This document shows positions 24,310 through 36,399 of a DNA stretch of 64,000 bases, in pieces. The stretch spans positions 153,948,001-154,012,000 of the forward strand of contig NC_058368.1 of assembly GCF_018350175.1 (NCBI RefSeq). Reading direction: 5' to 3'. The position numbers and the translations under genes are program-made. This stretch comes from Felis catus. Taxonomy: Eukaryota. Each line of letters opens with the position of its first letter. The first letter of the stretch is position 1. The notes beneath the pieces were generated by a model. It was not told the DNA's origin, made no database searches, and worked only from the letters and a program-made list of their open reading frames with translations.

Positions 24310-27300
24310 AATGAGTTTCTTTATGTTTGTTATTAATTTATTTATAACTTTGGGTTCTCTCAAGTTGGAGGCATAAATATTTATAATTGTCAGATCTTCT
24401 TGTTGGATAGACCCCTTAATTATGATATAATGCTCTTCTTCTTCTCTTGCTATACAGTTTTTGGTTTAAAACCTTTGTCTGATATAAGTATGGCTACTCT
24501 GACTTTCTCTTGACATCCATTAGCATGATAGATGGTTCTCCATCCCCTCAGTTTCAATCTGCAGATATCTGTAGGTCTAAAATGAATCTCTTCTAGGTAG
24601 CATATTGTTGGGTTTCAGTTTTTATAATCCATTCTGATACCTTATGTCTTTGATTTGAACATTTAGTCCATTTACATTCAGAATGAGTATTGAAAGATAG
24701 GAATTTAGTGCTATTGTCTTACTTGTAAAGTTGCTGTTTCTGGGGATGTTCTCTAGTCCTTTGTAGTCTTTGTTACTTTTGGTCTCTCTCCCCCCGACCC
24801 TGATACAGAGTCCCCTTTAATATTTCCTGAAAGGCTGGTTTAGTGGTCATGAACTCTCTTAGTTCTTTTTTTTGGGGGGGGGTCTGTTTATCTCTCCTTT
24901 TATTCTGGATGACAGCCTTGTTGCAGAAAGCGTTCTTGGCTGCATATTTTTTCCCATTCAGCACATTGAGTACATCATGCCACTCTCTTATGGCCTCTGG
25001 ACAGGTCTGCTATGAATCGGATTTGACTTCCCTTGTAGGTTCAGGATTTTTTTTTCTTGCTGTTTTCAGGTTCTTTCCTTGTCTGTGTATTTTGTGATTT
25101 TGACTATGATAACTTTTAATGATAGTTGGCTTTTGTTAAATTTAATGTGAGTTCTCTGTGCTTTTTGGATTCCAATGTCTGTTTCCTTCTGTAGATTAGG
25201 GAAGTTTTCAGCTAGGATTGGCTCAAATAAACCTCTCCTTTACTCTTTTCTTCTGGAACTCATATAATAGGAATGTTATTATGCTTTAAGGAGTCACTGA
25301 GTTCCCTTAATCTACATTTGTGATCCAGTACCTTTCTTTCCCTCTTTTTTTTTCAGCTTCATTATTTTCCATAATTTTATCTTCTATGTCACTGATTTTC
25401 TCCTTTGCTTTGTCCATCCTGTTGTCATTGCATCCATTTAATTCTGCATCTCAGTTATAGCATTTTTTATTTTAGCCTGATTAATTTTTAGTTTCTTATC
25501 TCTGAAATAAGGCATTCTCTAGTGTCTTCTATGCTTTTCTGAAGCTCAGCTATTATCCTTATGATTATTTTTTTTAATTATGGTTTAGACATCTTATCGT
25601 ATCTGTATTGATTAAATCCCTGGCTGTGACTTCTTAATGTTCTTTCTTTTGGACTGAATTCCTCCACCTTTTCATTTTGTCTGTGCCACTGTTTTGTTTT
25701 GTTTTGTGTGTGTGTTTTTGTGCGTGATTGTTAAGAAAGCCTGTTGTATTCCTGCTTCTGAGAGTAATGACTATATTAAGAAGAGGTCCAAAGGAGAAAA
25801 AAAAGGAAGCTAGATCCTATTTCCCCTAGAGCTGAACCTTTGCAGAAGTCTATGATAAGTAGACTTGGTGCATAAAACATGTTGGTATTCTGGTAGTGGC
25901 ACCTGCTGCTGATTCCCGAGTGGACTTGTTTTTCTGGAGATGAACCTGCAGGGTGCAGAGGGATGAGACTTGTTGTAAACAGGCTCCAGCCTCCATTGGG
26001 TGGCACTGTTTTGCTCACTGAAGTCAGTCAGTTATAATGGGTGTTGCCTGGCTCTCTCATTCTCAAAGAGGGGAATTTGTACCAGTCACTCTTCAGAAAG
26101 CCCTCAGAGAAAAGCAAACAATCACCTCTTCTTGTCCCTGGCTTCTGCCTTCACCCTGCCTTCACCCTGCCTGCATCTGAGCTGTCTGCCTGCCAGATGG
26201 CATAGTACTCCTGTGTTTTATGTCATGTGTGTGGCTGGGTTTCAAAACTCTACATTCCAAATTTTAGGGACCCATGCACTGTGGACCTGTGCTGATCCTC
26301 TGGTGGGGGTCTCAACACACTTTTGCCTTGTGCCAGTTTGCCCCCCCCCCCCCCCCAGAAAAGCAGTCGCACAACTGCAGAATGGTTTGGAGTTTATGGT
26401 AAAGTGAAGCACAAAGCCAACACCAAGGTTTTCTGCCCTCAGATGGTATCTTTGTTTCTATGCTAGGGAACAGGGCAGTAGATTGGTGCTCCTGGTTCTT
26501 TTTGCCCCTGTAGAAGCAATGCCACTGCTCTCAAATGCACTCCAAGCAGAAGTATGCACTAAGCCCTCTAGGCACTGACGCCGATGATGGTGCATACTTA
26601 TAAAATTTCGGACTTTGAGCTCTGCTTATAATAACTTGTGGTACTCAGACCTTCTCCTTTTCCCAGTCAATGGTTTTGGGGAAGAGTTTTTTTCTGTGTA
26701 ATACCCTGCCTGCACTTTTACTCTCTCCCTGTTTCTCTCTCACTCCTGTCTCTGTGATCAGGGTTCTCTCCCCATCTCAGCCACAGTTCTTTTCTCCCCT
26801 AGATCAACTCTCTGCAGCTCCTACCTTTCATGATGTGGCCATTATTTATATCTCTAGTTGTGCAGTTTTGCTCTCTCAGTCCTCAGATCAATTTGTTGAG
26901 TGTTCAGAATGATTTCATATACATTTAGCTATGTTTAAGGGATGAGGCAAGCCTAGAGTCTTCCTACTCCTCTACCATCTTAACTCTCCTAGTTCAAAAT
27001 ATTTTGTAACCTCTGTGATTTCTTATTAGTTTTGTGTATTATTTGGAATTGTGTTCCTTGATATCTAAACATATGTTACTTTTTAAAGCTTTGTTTAAAA
27101 AATGATTTCTAACATGATCATTATTTTCTAAATAAGTATGTATGTATGCATGATTTAAATACTTTGATATTTCTTGAAACTAGTTTTATGATCCAGCATA
27201 TATTAAATTTTTGTATATATTCTATGTGCCTTTGAAAGTAAAGTACATTCTTTATTAGAAACAGATTTGTAGATTTAAATAAGCCCACGTTTGCTATTCC

Positions 27301-28404
27301 TTCTGTTCTATTCTGATATATTTCTATTGATTCCGTATCTTTTTGTTTTAATAGTTGTAAAGACTGAAATTTTAAAATTTTCAATATGATTTTGGATTAG
27401 TCTGTTTTTCCTTGTTCTAAGGTCAGTTCTTTCTTTATATATTTTCAGACTATTCATTAACTGCAAAAAGTTTAAGACAGTTATATATTTCTGTTGGATT
27501 GATCCTTCATCATTATTAAAAATAAATGCCTTTCCTTTGTGGAGTAGTAGTACCTGTGAATTGTTGAGGGAAAATATTTGAGAAAATATTTGCAAATCAT
27601 ATATATGAAAACATACCAGAACATATATTAAGAACATATAAAGAACTCTCAAAATACGAAAATAGACAAGCAAAATATATAAGCCAGATTGGGAATTTTA
27701 AAAAGGACATAAATGCATTTTTCCTCTATATAACTTTTAATAACCTGTTTTAGAATAATTTGTAAAGAAAGTTGAATTTTATAATCATCAGATTATAAAT
27801 GTACTTCCATATTTAAATGATATTCCCATTTATTTTAATATAAAAAAACGAGAAGTTGGTAGCTACATTCCACCTATCACTCACTGTCTTCTTAAGCCAT
27901 TAACATGGGTCAAAGTTGACTTGAACTCGTTATAAGACTTTTTTTAAGGAGACAGAAATGGAAAAGAAAAGATTGATAAATTATAAAAGACAAGAAGATT
28001 TCTATAAAGTTAAAATGCGGTGCAATTATATGGAAAGAAAATAACAATGTGCATTGTAAGGTTTTGAATAAAGTGATCTGCAAATTACCTAGAAAGTTGA
28101 GAAAAAAGACTGGGATAATTTTAGTGACATTTTATTCCATAGCCATTTCCTCAAGTATTCTTAGTAATACTTCACATATTCTATAGATATATGACTGGCA
28201 AAAGATAATGTCAAAATGTCCATAATATGTGATGAATTCTGTTTTAATTTTATGAAGGCTTTTAGTAAAATTACATTGAAAAATTCACCTATTCTTTTTG
28301 AAGTCTCAGACATCTGGCATTTGGCATTGGATCTGAATTTTTTTGTACAAAGGAATTTTTTTTTTTTAGAAACATCATGTCTGTAATACTGAAGTAATGA
28401 AGAC

Positions 28405-30190
28405 TTCTTTCATTCAGTGACACATATTTATTACCTACTATGTGTCACGCCCTGTGCTAGAAGCTGGGAACTTACAAGGGTATGAAAAATTTATCAACCT
28501 TTAAGGTAAATTTTAGAGCAATGGACAAATCACACAGTAATTACAATTTGATGTAAGTGCTGTAAATACTATTATTAATAATAATAGCAGGTAATAGCAA
28601 GAAGTACTTGCTGTATTCCAGAGTCTGTTCTAAGCATTTTCCATGTATTAACTCAGCTAATAATAAAATATAAGCTGCTCCTGTAATTCAATGGACAGCT
28701 ACCTAATTCCTGTGACACCACAGAAGGCTTCTTGCAGAAGGTGGTGGCTGAGCTGAGTCTTAAGGCATAAATAAAGCCAAGAAAGAAAAGAAAGAATCAT
28801 AAATAAAGAAAAGAAAGAATCAAAGAAAGACTAGGGACATAGTCTAAATAGAATAGCATTTGCAAATGTATGGATGCATAAATCAGTCAGTACATTGAAC
28901 TACAAATAAATTAATATATTTGGAGCTTGGGGTATGTGGAAGAATGGTGAAAGGAAAGGATGAAAACAATTTACAAATCAGGTCATGAGGAACTTATATA
29001 TCATGCCAGGGATGTCGGACTCTCCAGAAAGCAAAGGGGAGTTTTATTTAAAAGTTTTATTTAAAAGTTTTAAACATGACATTAACGTAATCAAAATAGT
29101 CATTCCACTTAGTGTGGAGAATGATACAGGAGGGAAATGCTGAAGTTAGATACTTAAGAGAATATTGCAATAATGAAGGCAGGGGATAATAGCCTGGTCT
29201 TTAGGCAGTGGGGGGGGGGGGTGAAGACAGTGGACAAAATTGATAGATATGAATAGGTAGGAAATGGTAATCAATTTTTTAATGAGGAGTGTGATAGGTA
29301 ATTTTATATGTCAGCTGGGCTAGGTACAGTACTCAGAAATTTGGTTAAGCATTATTCTAGATGTTTCTGAGAAGGCATTGTTTAGGTAAGATTAAATTTA
29401 AATCAATAGACTTTGAGTGAAGCAGATTATTCTCCATAATGTGGGTGAGCCTCATTCACTCAGTTGGCCTTCATAGAAAAAAGACTGATCTCCCCAGAAG
29501 AAGAGGGAACTCTGCCAGCCAACTTGGACGTGAACTGCAACTCTTCCCTGGATCTCCAGTCTGCCAGCCTACCCTGCAGATTTTGGACTTGCCAAGACTC
29601 CACAGTCATATAAGCCAATTCCTTAAAATAAATCTCTCTATTATATATCTTATTGGTTTTGTTTCACTTGGGAACCCTAACTAATGCAGAGGGAAGGTAA
29701 AAAGGAAGAGTCTAGGATTATTCTCACACTGTATGGTTGGTGGAACCATTAAGACATAGGAAACCCAGGAGAGATGATTCAGGAGGATATAAACGATTTA
29801 GTTCTGACATATTTAATATGAGGTATCTGAGGGTACCTACAAATAGAGAGGATCTGTAGATACTTTTATGCGGCTGAAAGTCAAGCAGGAAATCTGGGAT
29901 AGATATATCACTCTATGGAAGGGGGCTTCTGTAGTTGAAAAAAAAAAAACAACACACATTCAGAAAGACAACCGCAATAACACTGAGACTTAGAGACATA
30001 AAGTAAGAATAGAAGCCTGGGATAAGAGGACAAGAAGACTGACAAGAATCTGTTAGAGTTGAAAATAAAAACTAAAACAGGATGGTATCACAGAAGTCAA
30101 GAGAAGACAGAATTTTAAGTAAGGATGAGTCACATGCTATCGAATGATATAATTTTAAAATTAAGAGGAAATTGGTGACCTCAGGAAGAA
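28405..30190 (-). mobile_element. LINE-2 fragment(s), split by an MLT2 LTR
   Basis: Starts with the antisense L2 3' end 'ttcattcagtgacacatatttattacctactatgtgtcacgccctgtgctag', followed by typical purine-rich L2 antisense text on both sides of 29290-29688. Confidence 0.7.
29290..29688 (+). mobile_element. ERVL solo LTR (MLT2 family)
   Basis: TG...CA ends. MLT2 hallmarks 'aattttatatgtca', 'ccataatgtgggtgagcctcatt', 'accctgcagattttggacttgcca', 'agccaattccttaaaataaatctctc' and 'gaaccctaactaatgca'. Confidence 0.9.
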
Positions 30191-30810
30191 AAATTTTCAA
30201 AAGCTATATGCTAGAGCCAAACAGCACTACAGCACTTACTACAGTATTTTCCACAAAAACAAACATATTTTTAGATGTCATACAACCATATTTGTAATGA
30301 AATTAGGAGAGAAAATTTTATTTATCATACATATATTGGTCTGCAAAATAACTCTGACACTGAGAGAGTCAAGAAATCTGCCTCTTCTCCTTTGGGCAAG
30401 CAGCAGATCTAGAATTTGAACCTGGATGTCTACTGCTCCTTAGAGGAGTCATAATAATACACTGGCTCCCAGAGCTGTAGATGCAAGATAAGAACTCACA
30501 TCTAGCAGCAGCTGAGAAAGGGGAAAGGAAGAAACAAAGGCAAAAGACAGGGGAACAAATCTTAGACAAAAGCTTGTACTTGATCATAAGAGAAGGAAAA
30601 ATATAGAGGATATTAGACTAAAGAACACCACCTGAAGAATAGGACAGAATTCCCTTATTGTTAGTATAAGGGAGAGTGTCCAAATCTTTTTCAAAATAAA
30701 ACAACATAGAAAAATACCAATCAGTTGCGCTTTTAAAATATTATGTAAATTATTTATTTGATTGAATGGGTGTTCTTTTACTTGTTAATATTTAGGACAT
30801 AGAAATGATA

Positions 30811-31050
30811 GAGACACCTGGGTGGCTCAGTCAGTTAAGCATCTGGCTTCATTTCAGGTCATTACACTGTGGTTCACAAGTTCAAGCCCCACATCAGGCT
30901 TTGTGCTGACAGCTCAGAGCCTGGAGCCTGCTATGGGTTCTGTCTGTCTGTCTGTCTCTCTCTCTCATTCTCTGTCTGTCCCTCCCTGCTTGCACTCTGC
31001 CTCTCTCTGTCTCTCTCAAAAGTAAATAAACATTAAAAAATTAAAAAAAA
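30811..31050 (+). mobile_element. CAN-SINE
   Basis: Canonical body. TSD acatagaa(a)tgata. Confidence 0.95.
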
Positions 31051-31689
31051 ACACATAGAATGATAAATCTAAAGTAAGATCTTAAGTAAAAAAAATTAAT
31101 TTTAAAAAGTAAGATCTTACGAATGCATACATTTTGGTTTTAAACACTGTATGAGATAAAACACTTGATGTGTAAAAATGCTTCTAATTGTATTTTTTGA
31201 TTAAAAATACTGTTTGTGTGCTACTTATAATGGGAAAAGATATATTTGCATTATTTGAAGTATCATTTCAGAATTAGCACTTTAATGCTTTTTAAAATAC
31301 TACCTAATTTTGAAGTGTCATCTCATATTGTGGGTTTTTTTTTAAATAACTGGATCAATGACAAATTTAGTAAAATACACTAACAACAATCACCCCACCA
31401 TCCAACACAGTTTTTAATAATCTCTGTTTTTATTTTCTTCTGTTTCTGTAAGTGGACATACATTTTGATTTTCAAATATGGTATTTTATCTTGGCTGACT
31501 GGTAAAATCTACTGTGTCATTCAGATAAAATGATTGCTTTAGGTCGTTTTACCCACCCAAGTCTTACAAATCTCATTGTTCAGTTTTAAGAATTATTTTG
31601 GAAGAGTATAGTATAGCTTGATGAAAGTATTTTATTCATTATTTCTCTAAGGAATCATTTGAGTGTTTGAGGGATAAATACAGAGATTT

Positions 31690-31920
31690 AAAAAAACTTT
31701 TTGTTAATTTTTTTTATTTTGAGAGAGCGAGCGAGAGAGAGCTAGCGAGCGAGCGCACAAGCTGGGGGGAGGCAGAAAGAAGGAGAGACAGAATTCCAAA
31801 CAGGCTCCACACCATCAGCGCAGAGCCAGATGTGGGGCTCGAATTCACAACCTGTGAGGTCATGACCTGTGCCGAGAGTAAGAGTTGGGTGCTTCGCTGA
31901 CTGCGCCACCCAGGTGCCCC
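31690..31920 (-). mobile_element. CAN-SINE
   Basis: Antisense SINE with a (GAGC)-variant tract. TSD ending agattt. Confidence 0.94.
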
Positions 31921-32021
31921 GCACAGATTTTTCTTCTGTGTTCTGCTCCCTTCCCTGTGTCATATACACTTTCAAAATTGTATGCAGCAACATAGTAATG
32001 CCTGTTCACCAAACCCAGTCC

Positions 32022-32260
32022 GTTTTGTTAATGTTTATTTTGTTTATTTTTGAGAGAGATAGAGAGAGACACACACACACAGCTCTTGTGTTCAGCTCAG
32101 GTTATGATGTCACAGTTTGTGAGTCTGACTCTCCAGTCAGGCTCCATGCTGATGGTGTGGAGCCTACTTGGGATTCTGTCTCTCTCTTCCTCTCTCTCTG
32201 TCTCTCTGTCTCTTTCCCCCGCTCGATCTCTCTCTAAAAATAAATAAACTTAAAACAGAA
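32022..32260. mobile_element. Fused head-to-head SINE remnant (minus-strand tail 32022-32083 joined to plus-strand 5'-deleted SINE 32080-32260)
   Basis: 'aatgtttattttgtttatttttgagagagatagagagagacacac..' runs directly into 'cagctcttgtgttcagctcaggttatgat...aaaataaataaac'. Confidence 0.85.
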
Positions 32261-32265
32261 AATAA

Positions 32266-32488
32266 GGGGTGCCTAGGTGGCTCAGTAGGTTAAGTGTCTG
32301 ACTTCAGCTCAGGTCATGATCTCACGGTTCGTGAGTTCGGGCCGCGCATCAGGCTCTGTGCTGACAGCTCAATGCCTGGAGCCTGCTCCAGATTCTGTCT
32401 CCCTCTCTCTCTGCTCCTCCCCCACTCATACTCTCTCTCTCTCTCTCTCAAAAATAAATAAAATAATAAAAAATTAAAAAATAAAAAA
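32266..32488 (+). mobile_element. CAN-SINE (SINEC_Fc-like) inserted in the tail of the previous SINE
   Basis: Head 'ggggtgcctaggtggctcagtaggttaag', B-box 'gagttcgg', (CT)n tract and A tail. Confidence 0.95.
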
Positions 32489-32950
32489 TGTTAACCTATA
32501 TGTTAGATATTAACCTACTTTTATATAAAGATAATTGAATTTGTAAATCTTCTTTTGCTAGTCAGGTTGTTTTTAATTATTTGTAATTTTCATTATTTTA
32601 CTTTACTAAATAAATGATATGTTATAGTTATGTTTATGCCTGAATTCCAATAGTAATTATAGTTTTATATTTCTTGCAGCATTCTTAGACCTTTCCACAC
32701 TGGTTGAATGATTATTTAAGGCAACCTAGAGAGGAGGGAGATAAAACATGAATGCATGAACTTTAATTAAGCTTGTAAAATAAATACTTTTTATTTCTGT
32801 GACATTGTCCTCTAAAATTACAGTTTAACTAAAATCCAGAATATTTCTTTATACATATCTGTTTTTTCTAAAATTCTTATAAAGTCACTACATTAATTTA
32901 GCAATTATTCCTTTCAAAAACAAGTCATTTATTTCCTGTTTTGAAAGTCA

Positions 32951-33164
32951 TTTTTTTTAAAGTTTATTTACTTATTTTTAGAGAGAGAGAGAGTGAGAGA
33001 ACAAATGGGGGAGAGGCAGAAAGAGGGAGAGATAGAATGCCAAGTAGGTTCTGCGCTGTCAGCACAGAGCCTGACGGGAGGCTTGAACCCATGAACCATG
33101 AGATCAAGACTTGAGTTTAAATCAAGAGTTGGACGCTTAACTGACTGAGCCACACAGGTGCCCC
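32951..33164 (-). mobile_element. CAN-SINE
   Basis: Antisense SINE. TSD ttttgaaagtcattt on both sides. Confidence 0.96.
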
Positions 33165-33544
33165 TTTTGAAAGTCATTTAAACTGTGTGTGTATTTAAAT
33201 GATAAATTATATAGATTTTATGATCTCTATATGACTAAGAATATATTTGCAAATGTAGATAAATTGCCCTCAGTGTATACCTGTATTTAGCACAAATTTC
33301 TTAAATTTGACAAAATTTGATTTTGAATACTTGGTTTTGTAATTCAACACAATCTGTCCACAACATTTACTGATACAGAAAAATTTTAAGCTTATAGGTA
33401 TGGGAATAGATCCTTGATTTCTAGCAACAAGATAGAAAAATGAGTGGAAGTAATTTACTTTACAGATAATTGTCAAGTAATTTTTCAACAAGCACTGTCT
33501 TTGAAATTGCTCTACATTGTGGTAGATTTAGTAATGTATTACTT

Positions 33545-33732
33545 GGTTTTGTTTGTATTGTTTTGTTTTAGTGAAAGAGGGAGACAGAGAGGTAAAAGGA
33601 GAGAGAGAATTTAAGCAGACTCCAAGCCAAGCGTGGAGCCCGAAAGGAGATTCAAATCCACAACCCTGGGATCATGACCTGAGCCAAAATCAAGGGTTGG
33701 TCATTTAACCAACTAAGCCACCCAGACACCCC
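33545..33732 (-). mobile_element. CAN-SINE (older subfamily)
   Basis: Antisense SINE. TSD aatgtattactt. Confidence 0.9.
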
Positions 33733-34479
33733 AGAAATGTATTACTTTGTATTGATAACAAACAACATTTCCAGTATAAACACTTCATAAAATCGTCTTT
33801 ATTGGAGGAAACAGACACTGAATTTTACTTCCGAATAGCTTCCTGCCTACCAATAAGGAAGACAACAGGCATTGCACACCATTTCCTAAAATGACTAAAA
33901 ATGATGAAGCAAAATTTCTTCTTTCAGTCCTGTGTGGAAAACATAGAACTTTTCTTTTAAAATAAAAATCCTATGCCCAGTCCTTCTGCTCTCCAACCAC
34001 CTGATGTTTTATGACAAAGCTCTTCAAAGTTTCTTAGTTTTCAAACTTCTAGGGATTTCTTAGTATCTAGAATTCATGCTACTTGGATTTTTTTTCTCTT
34101 ACAGAAATCTCATATATCTGAATATCCTCTCCCCTTTCAATTCAGTTTCTAGTTTTCGTATGGCAAATCCAAATATACTTTCCTTAATCTATTTATCTAT
34201 CCATAAAAGTCTTCCTAAGATGCTGTTCTAAAAGCAGTCTGATTTTTCTTTTTCACTGACTCATATTTTAGCAAATTGCCTATTACTCATGTCTGAAAGA
34301 GAATGCTCTTAGTTTACTGCTTTACTTTCTTCTTAGAGGGAAAGAAATATTTCTTGATTTCAAATTCTTAATTTTAATTGAAGTGTTTTTTGGTGGGGCT
34401 ATTTATACTGACCACTCCTACCCATGTTTTTCAGGGTTTCACAGAAAAACCATAGCAACTGGAGATTCCAGTGTATACA

Positions 34480-34493
34480 TCGCCACCTGGCCA
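34480..34493 (-). promoter_or_regulatory. Candidate CTCF motif (partial)
   Basis: Minus strand reads tggccaggtggcga. It matches the CCAGGTGGCG core but not the 5' CC positions. Confidence 0.3.
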
Positions 34494-34656
34494 ACAATTT
34501 GATACTTGTACATTAAATTTGAAATTGATATAACTCTTAGAACATCTCTATGTTAATTTACCTTGTATGGGTTTTCAAAAAGTTGTACTTTTAAATTTAG
34601 GGAAATAAATTTTCAAAAACCACACCGGAAGGAGCAAATTCAATGCTATTATAATG

Positions 34657-34670
34657 CCTCTAGAGGGCAG
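34657..34670 (+). promoter_or_regulatory. Candidate CTCF motif
   Basis: cctctagagggcag fits the CTCF core CC(A/T)(C/G)YAG(A/G)(G/T)GGC(A/G)(G/C) in otherwise very AT-rich, non-repetitive DNA. Confidence 0.5.
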
Positions 34671-36202
34671 TATTAAATTATTTGAGGCTATCACAGAATT
34701 TTCTCGTGCAAGTCACTCAACATGTGAAGAGGTGACAGTGCAAATGTAAGAGGGTAGTATTCTTTATGTAATCTTATTCACAGATGCAAATGACTGTGAA
34801 ATCTAAGTCCTCACACTTGAATCAACAAGTGTTGTGAGAAGGGGATTTTTTAATTGAGCTTCTTATCTGCTCTCCAGAGAATGAGCTTACTTTCTCCTAT
34901 TAGGATTTATGGACCATTATTGGCACACTGAAAATACATGAAGCTTAAAATGTGGAGATAAGGGCACTTGTATTTCAGTAGGCATCTTTCCATGCAAGCC
35001 ACTATAAAAACCACAATTTGGTCAGATCACATTATTTTTACATACAGGATTTGAATTATGGATTTAAGGTAAAAAGGATTTAAATAAATTATTTTAATAA
35101 TCTTTTCAAAATTTAAATATTTTTAAAAATTAAGTATAATTTTTATACTTGCTTCTGATAAAGGATTCTCTCTCTGTGTATAGAATCTCTATAGATCTAT
35201 AGAGACAGAGAAATCTAGACATGGATATACACACATCTATATAATATTTCAACTTATTTCTAGTATTCCTATTAATGAAAAAAACACAAGTAAATGTAAG
35301 GAATTATAAAGCCCTTTTCACTGAACTTCAGCCTTTTTCACACAGAAGCCATTCTCCATCCCTGTGGCATAGGAGATATTCCTAAGACCAGGGTGAATTA
35401 TTTGGCCTGCTCAAGTAGGGAACTATAATTTACAGTTTTTCATTTCTGTTCTTTTCTTTGTAGATGTACCTTTCCGAAGTTATAAAGTCAATTTGATTTT
35501 TCCTGAATAATCATGTCACACCCTGAGGTGATGAAAGAGGATTCTAGGCCCCAGCTGCTTTCCTGTATTCAAACCTGGTTGAAAGCACGAAGGCTTCTTC
35601 TTCTTGTTGTTGATATAAAAGGTAGGATCAGCATGACTGCTTTACTCGTCTTTTGGCATTCTCTTTGGGAGTGTAGAATATATTTTCTTTTATAGAATAT
35701 GCTCCCAAACTGAATACAGAATCTGAGGGTTGGTTTTGCATTTCTTCCAATGTTTTTTTTCTTTGTGAAGGAAATATTAAGCATGCCCGCTAAATTTGTA
35801 CAAGTCATGCTTAATTTAAAATTAAGTACCTAAGGAAATGTAGATTTCAGTAAAAAAAACATATTTAAGATAATTTATATAGCTCATATTTCTTAGTAAT
35901 GTATTTGTATAGTATTGTGAATATTTTATGAAAACTTACGTATCTCTGTGAGAGGTACATAGTATTCTTCCTGCTTTAAAAGCGGGAATGTTGAATTTTA
36001 GAGTCAAAAGTGATTTCTGTAAGGTTTTACATAGATGAACATTGACATAGATAAGAAAAAAATTGATTCTTATCTAAAATTTCTTATTACTAAGAAATGT
36101 TTTCTACATCAGAAAACAGCCTCTGAAAGTAAAGAAGAACCCAAATCCATTTGCTGCCAACCTTCTCTAAATATCAGGAGCTTCTGAGAAAGTGGATTTC
36201 TA

Positions 36203-36399
36203 GGGGTATCTGGGTAGTTCAGACAGTTAAGCATCCTCATGATTTCATGGTTCGTGGGTTCAAGCCCCGCATCCGTCTCTGTACTGACAGTGCGGAGCCT
36301 GCTTGGGATTCTCTCTCTCCCTCTATCTCTGTCCCTACCCCTCCCCCCCAACCCCTGCCTACACTCTGTCTCAAAATAAATAAACATTAAAAAAAAAAA
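36203..36399 (+). mobile_element. CAN-SINE with small internal deletion
   Basis: Head 'ggggtatctgggtagttcag'. About 20 bp are missing after 'ttaagcatcc'. TSD aagt(g/a)ga(t/c)ttcta. Confidence 0.93.

Larger units (their letters stand above)
20252..26990 (-). mobile_element. Near full-length older carnivore LINE-1 (inactive), with three nested SINEs and an internal deletion
   Basis: Decayed T-rich tail at ~20252-20290. RT motif LFADDMI at ~22690-22710. RT peptide [19 protein letters not shown] (22830-23114). EN peptide MDLTDIFRSFHPK (23809-23991). ORF1 remnants at ~24.8-25.7 kb. 5' end reads aggagagttaagatggtagaggagtagg. Degenerate TSD agtt(t/c)aaaatat at 20218 and 26991. Confidence 0.93.

Noticed and set aside
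29041..29073. Short tandem duplications (13-mer here; similar ones near 5012-5047, 7311-7331, 28780-28830, 42481-42515 and 52598-52630)
   Set aside because: Ordinary slippage-type micro-duplications with no shared unit or spacing.
32670..32725. Acceptor ttcttgcag followed by a short exon
   Set aside because: All three frames hit stops within about 10 codons and only a weak GC donor follows.
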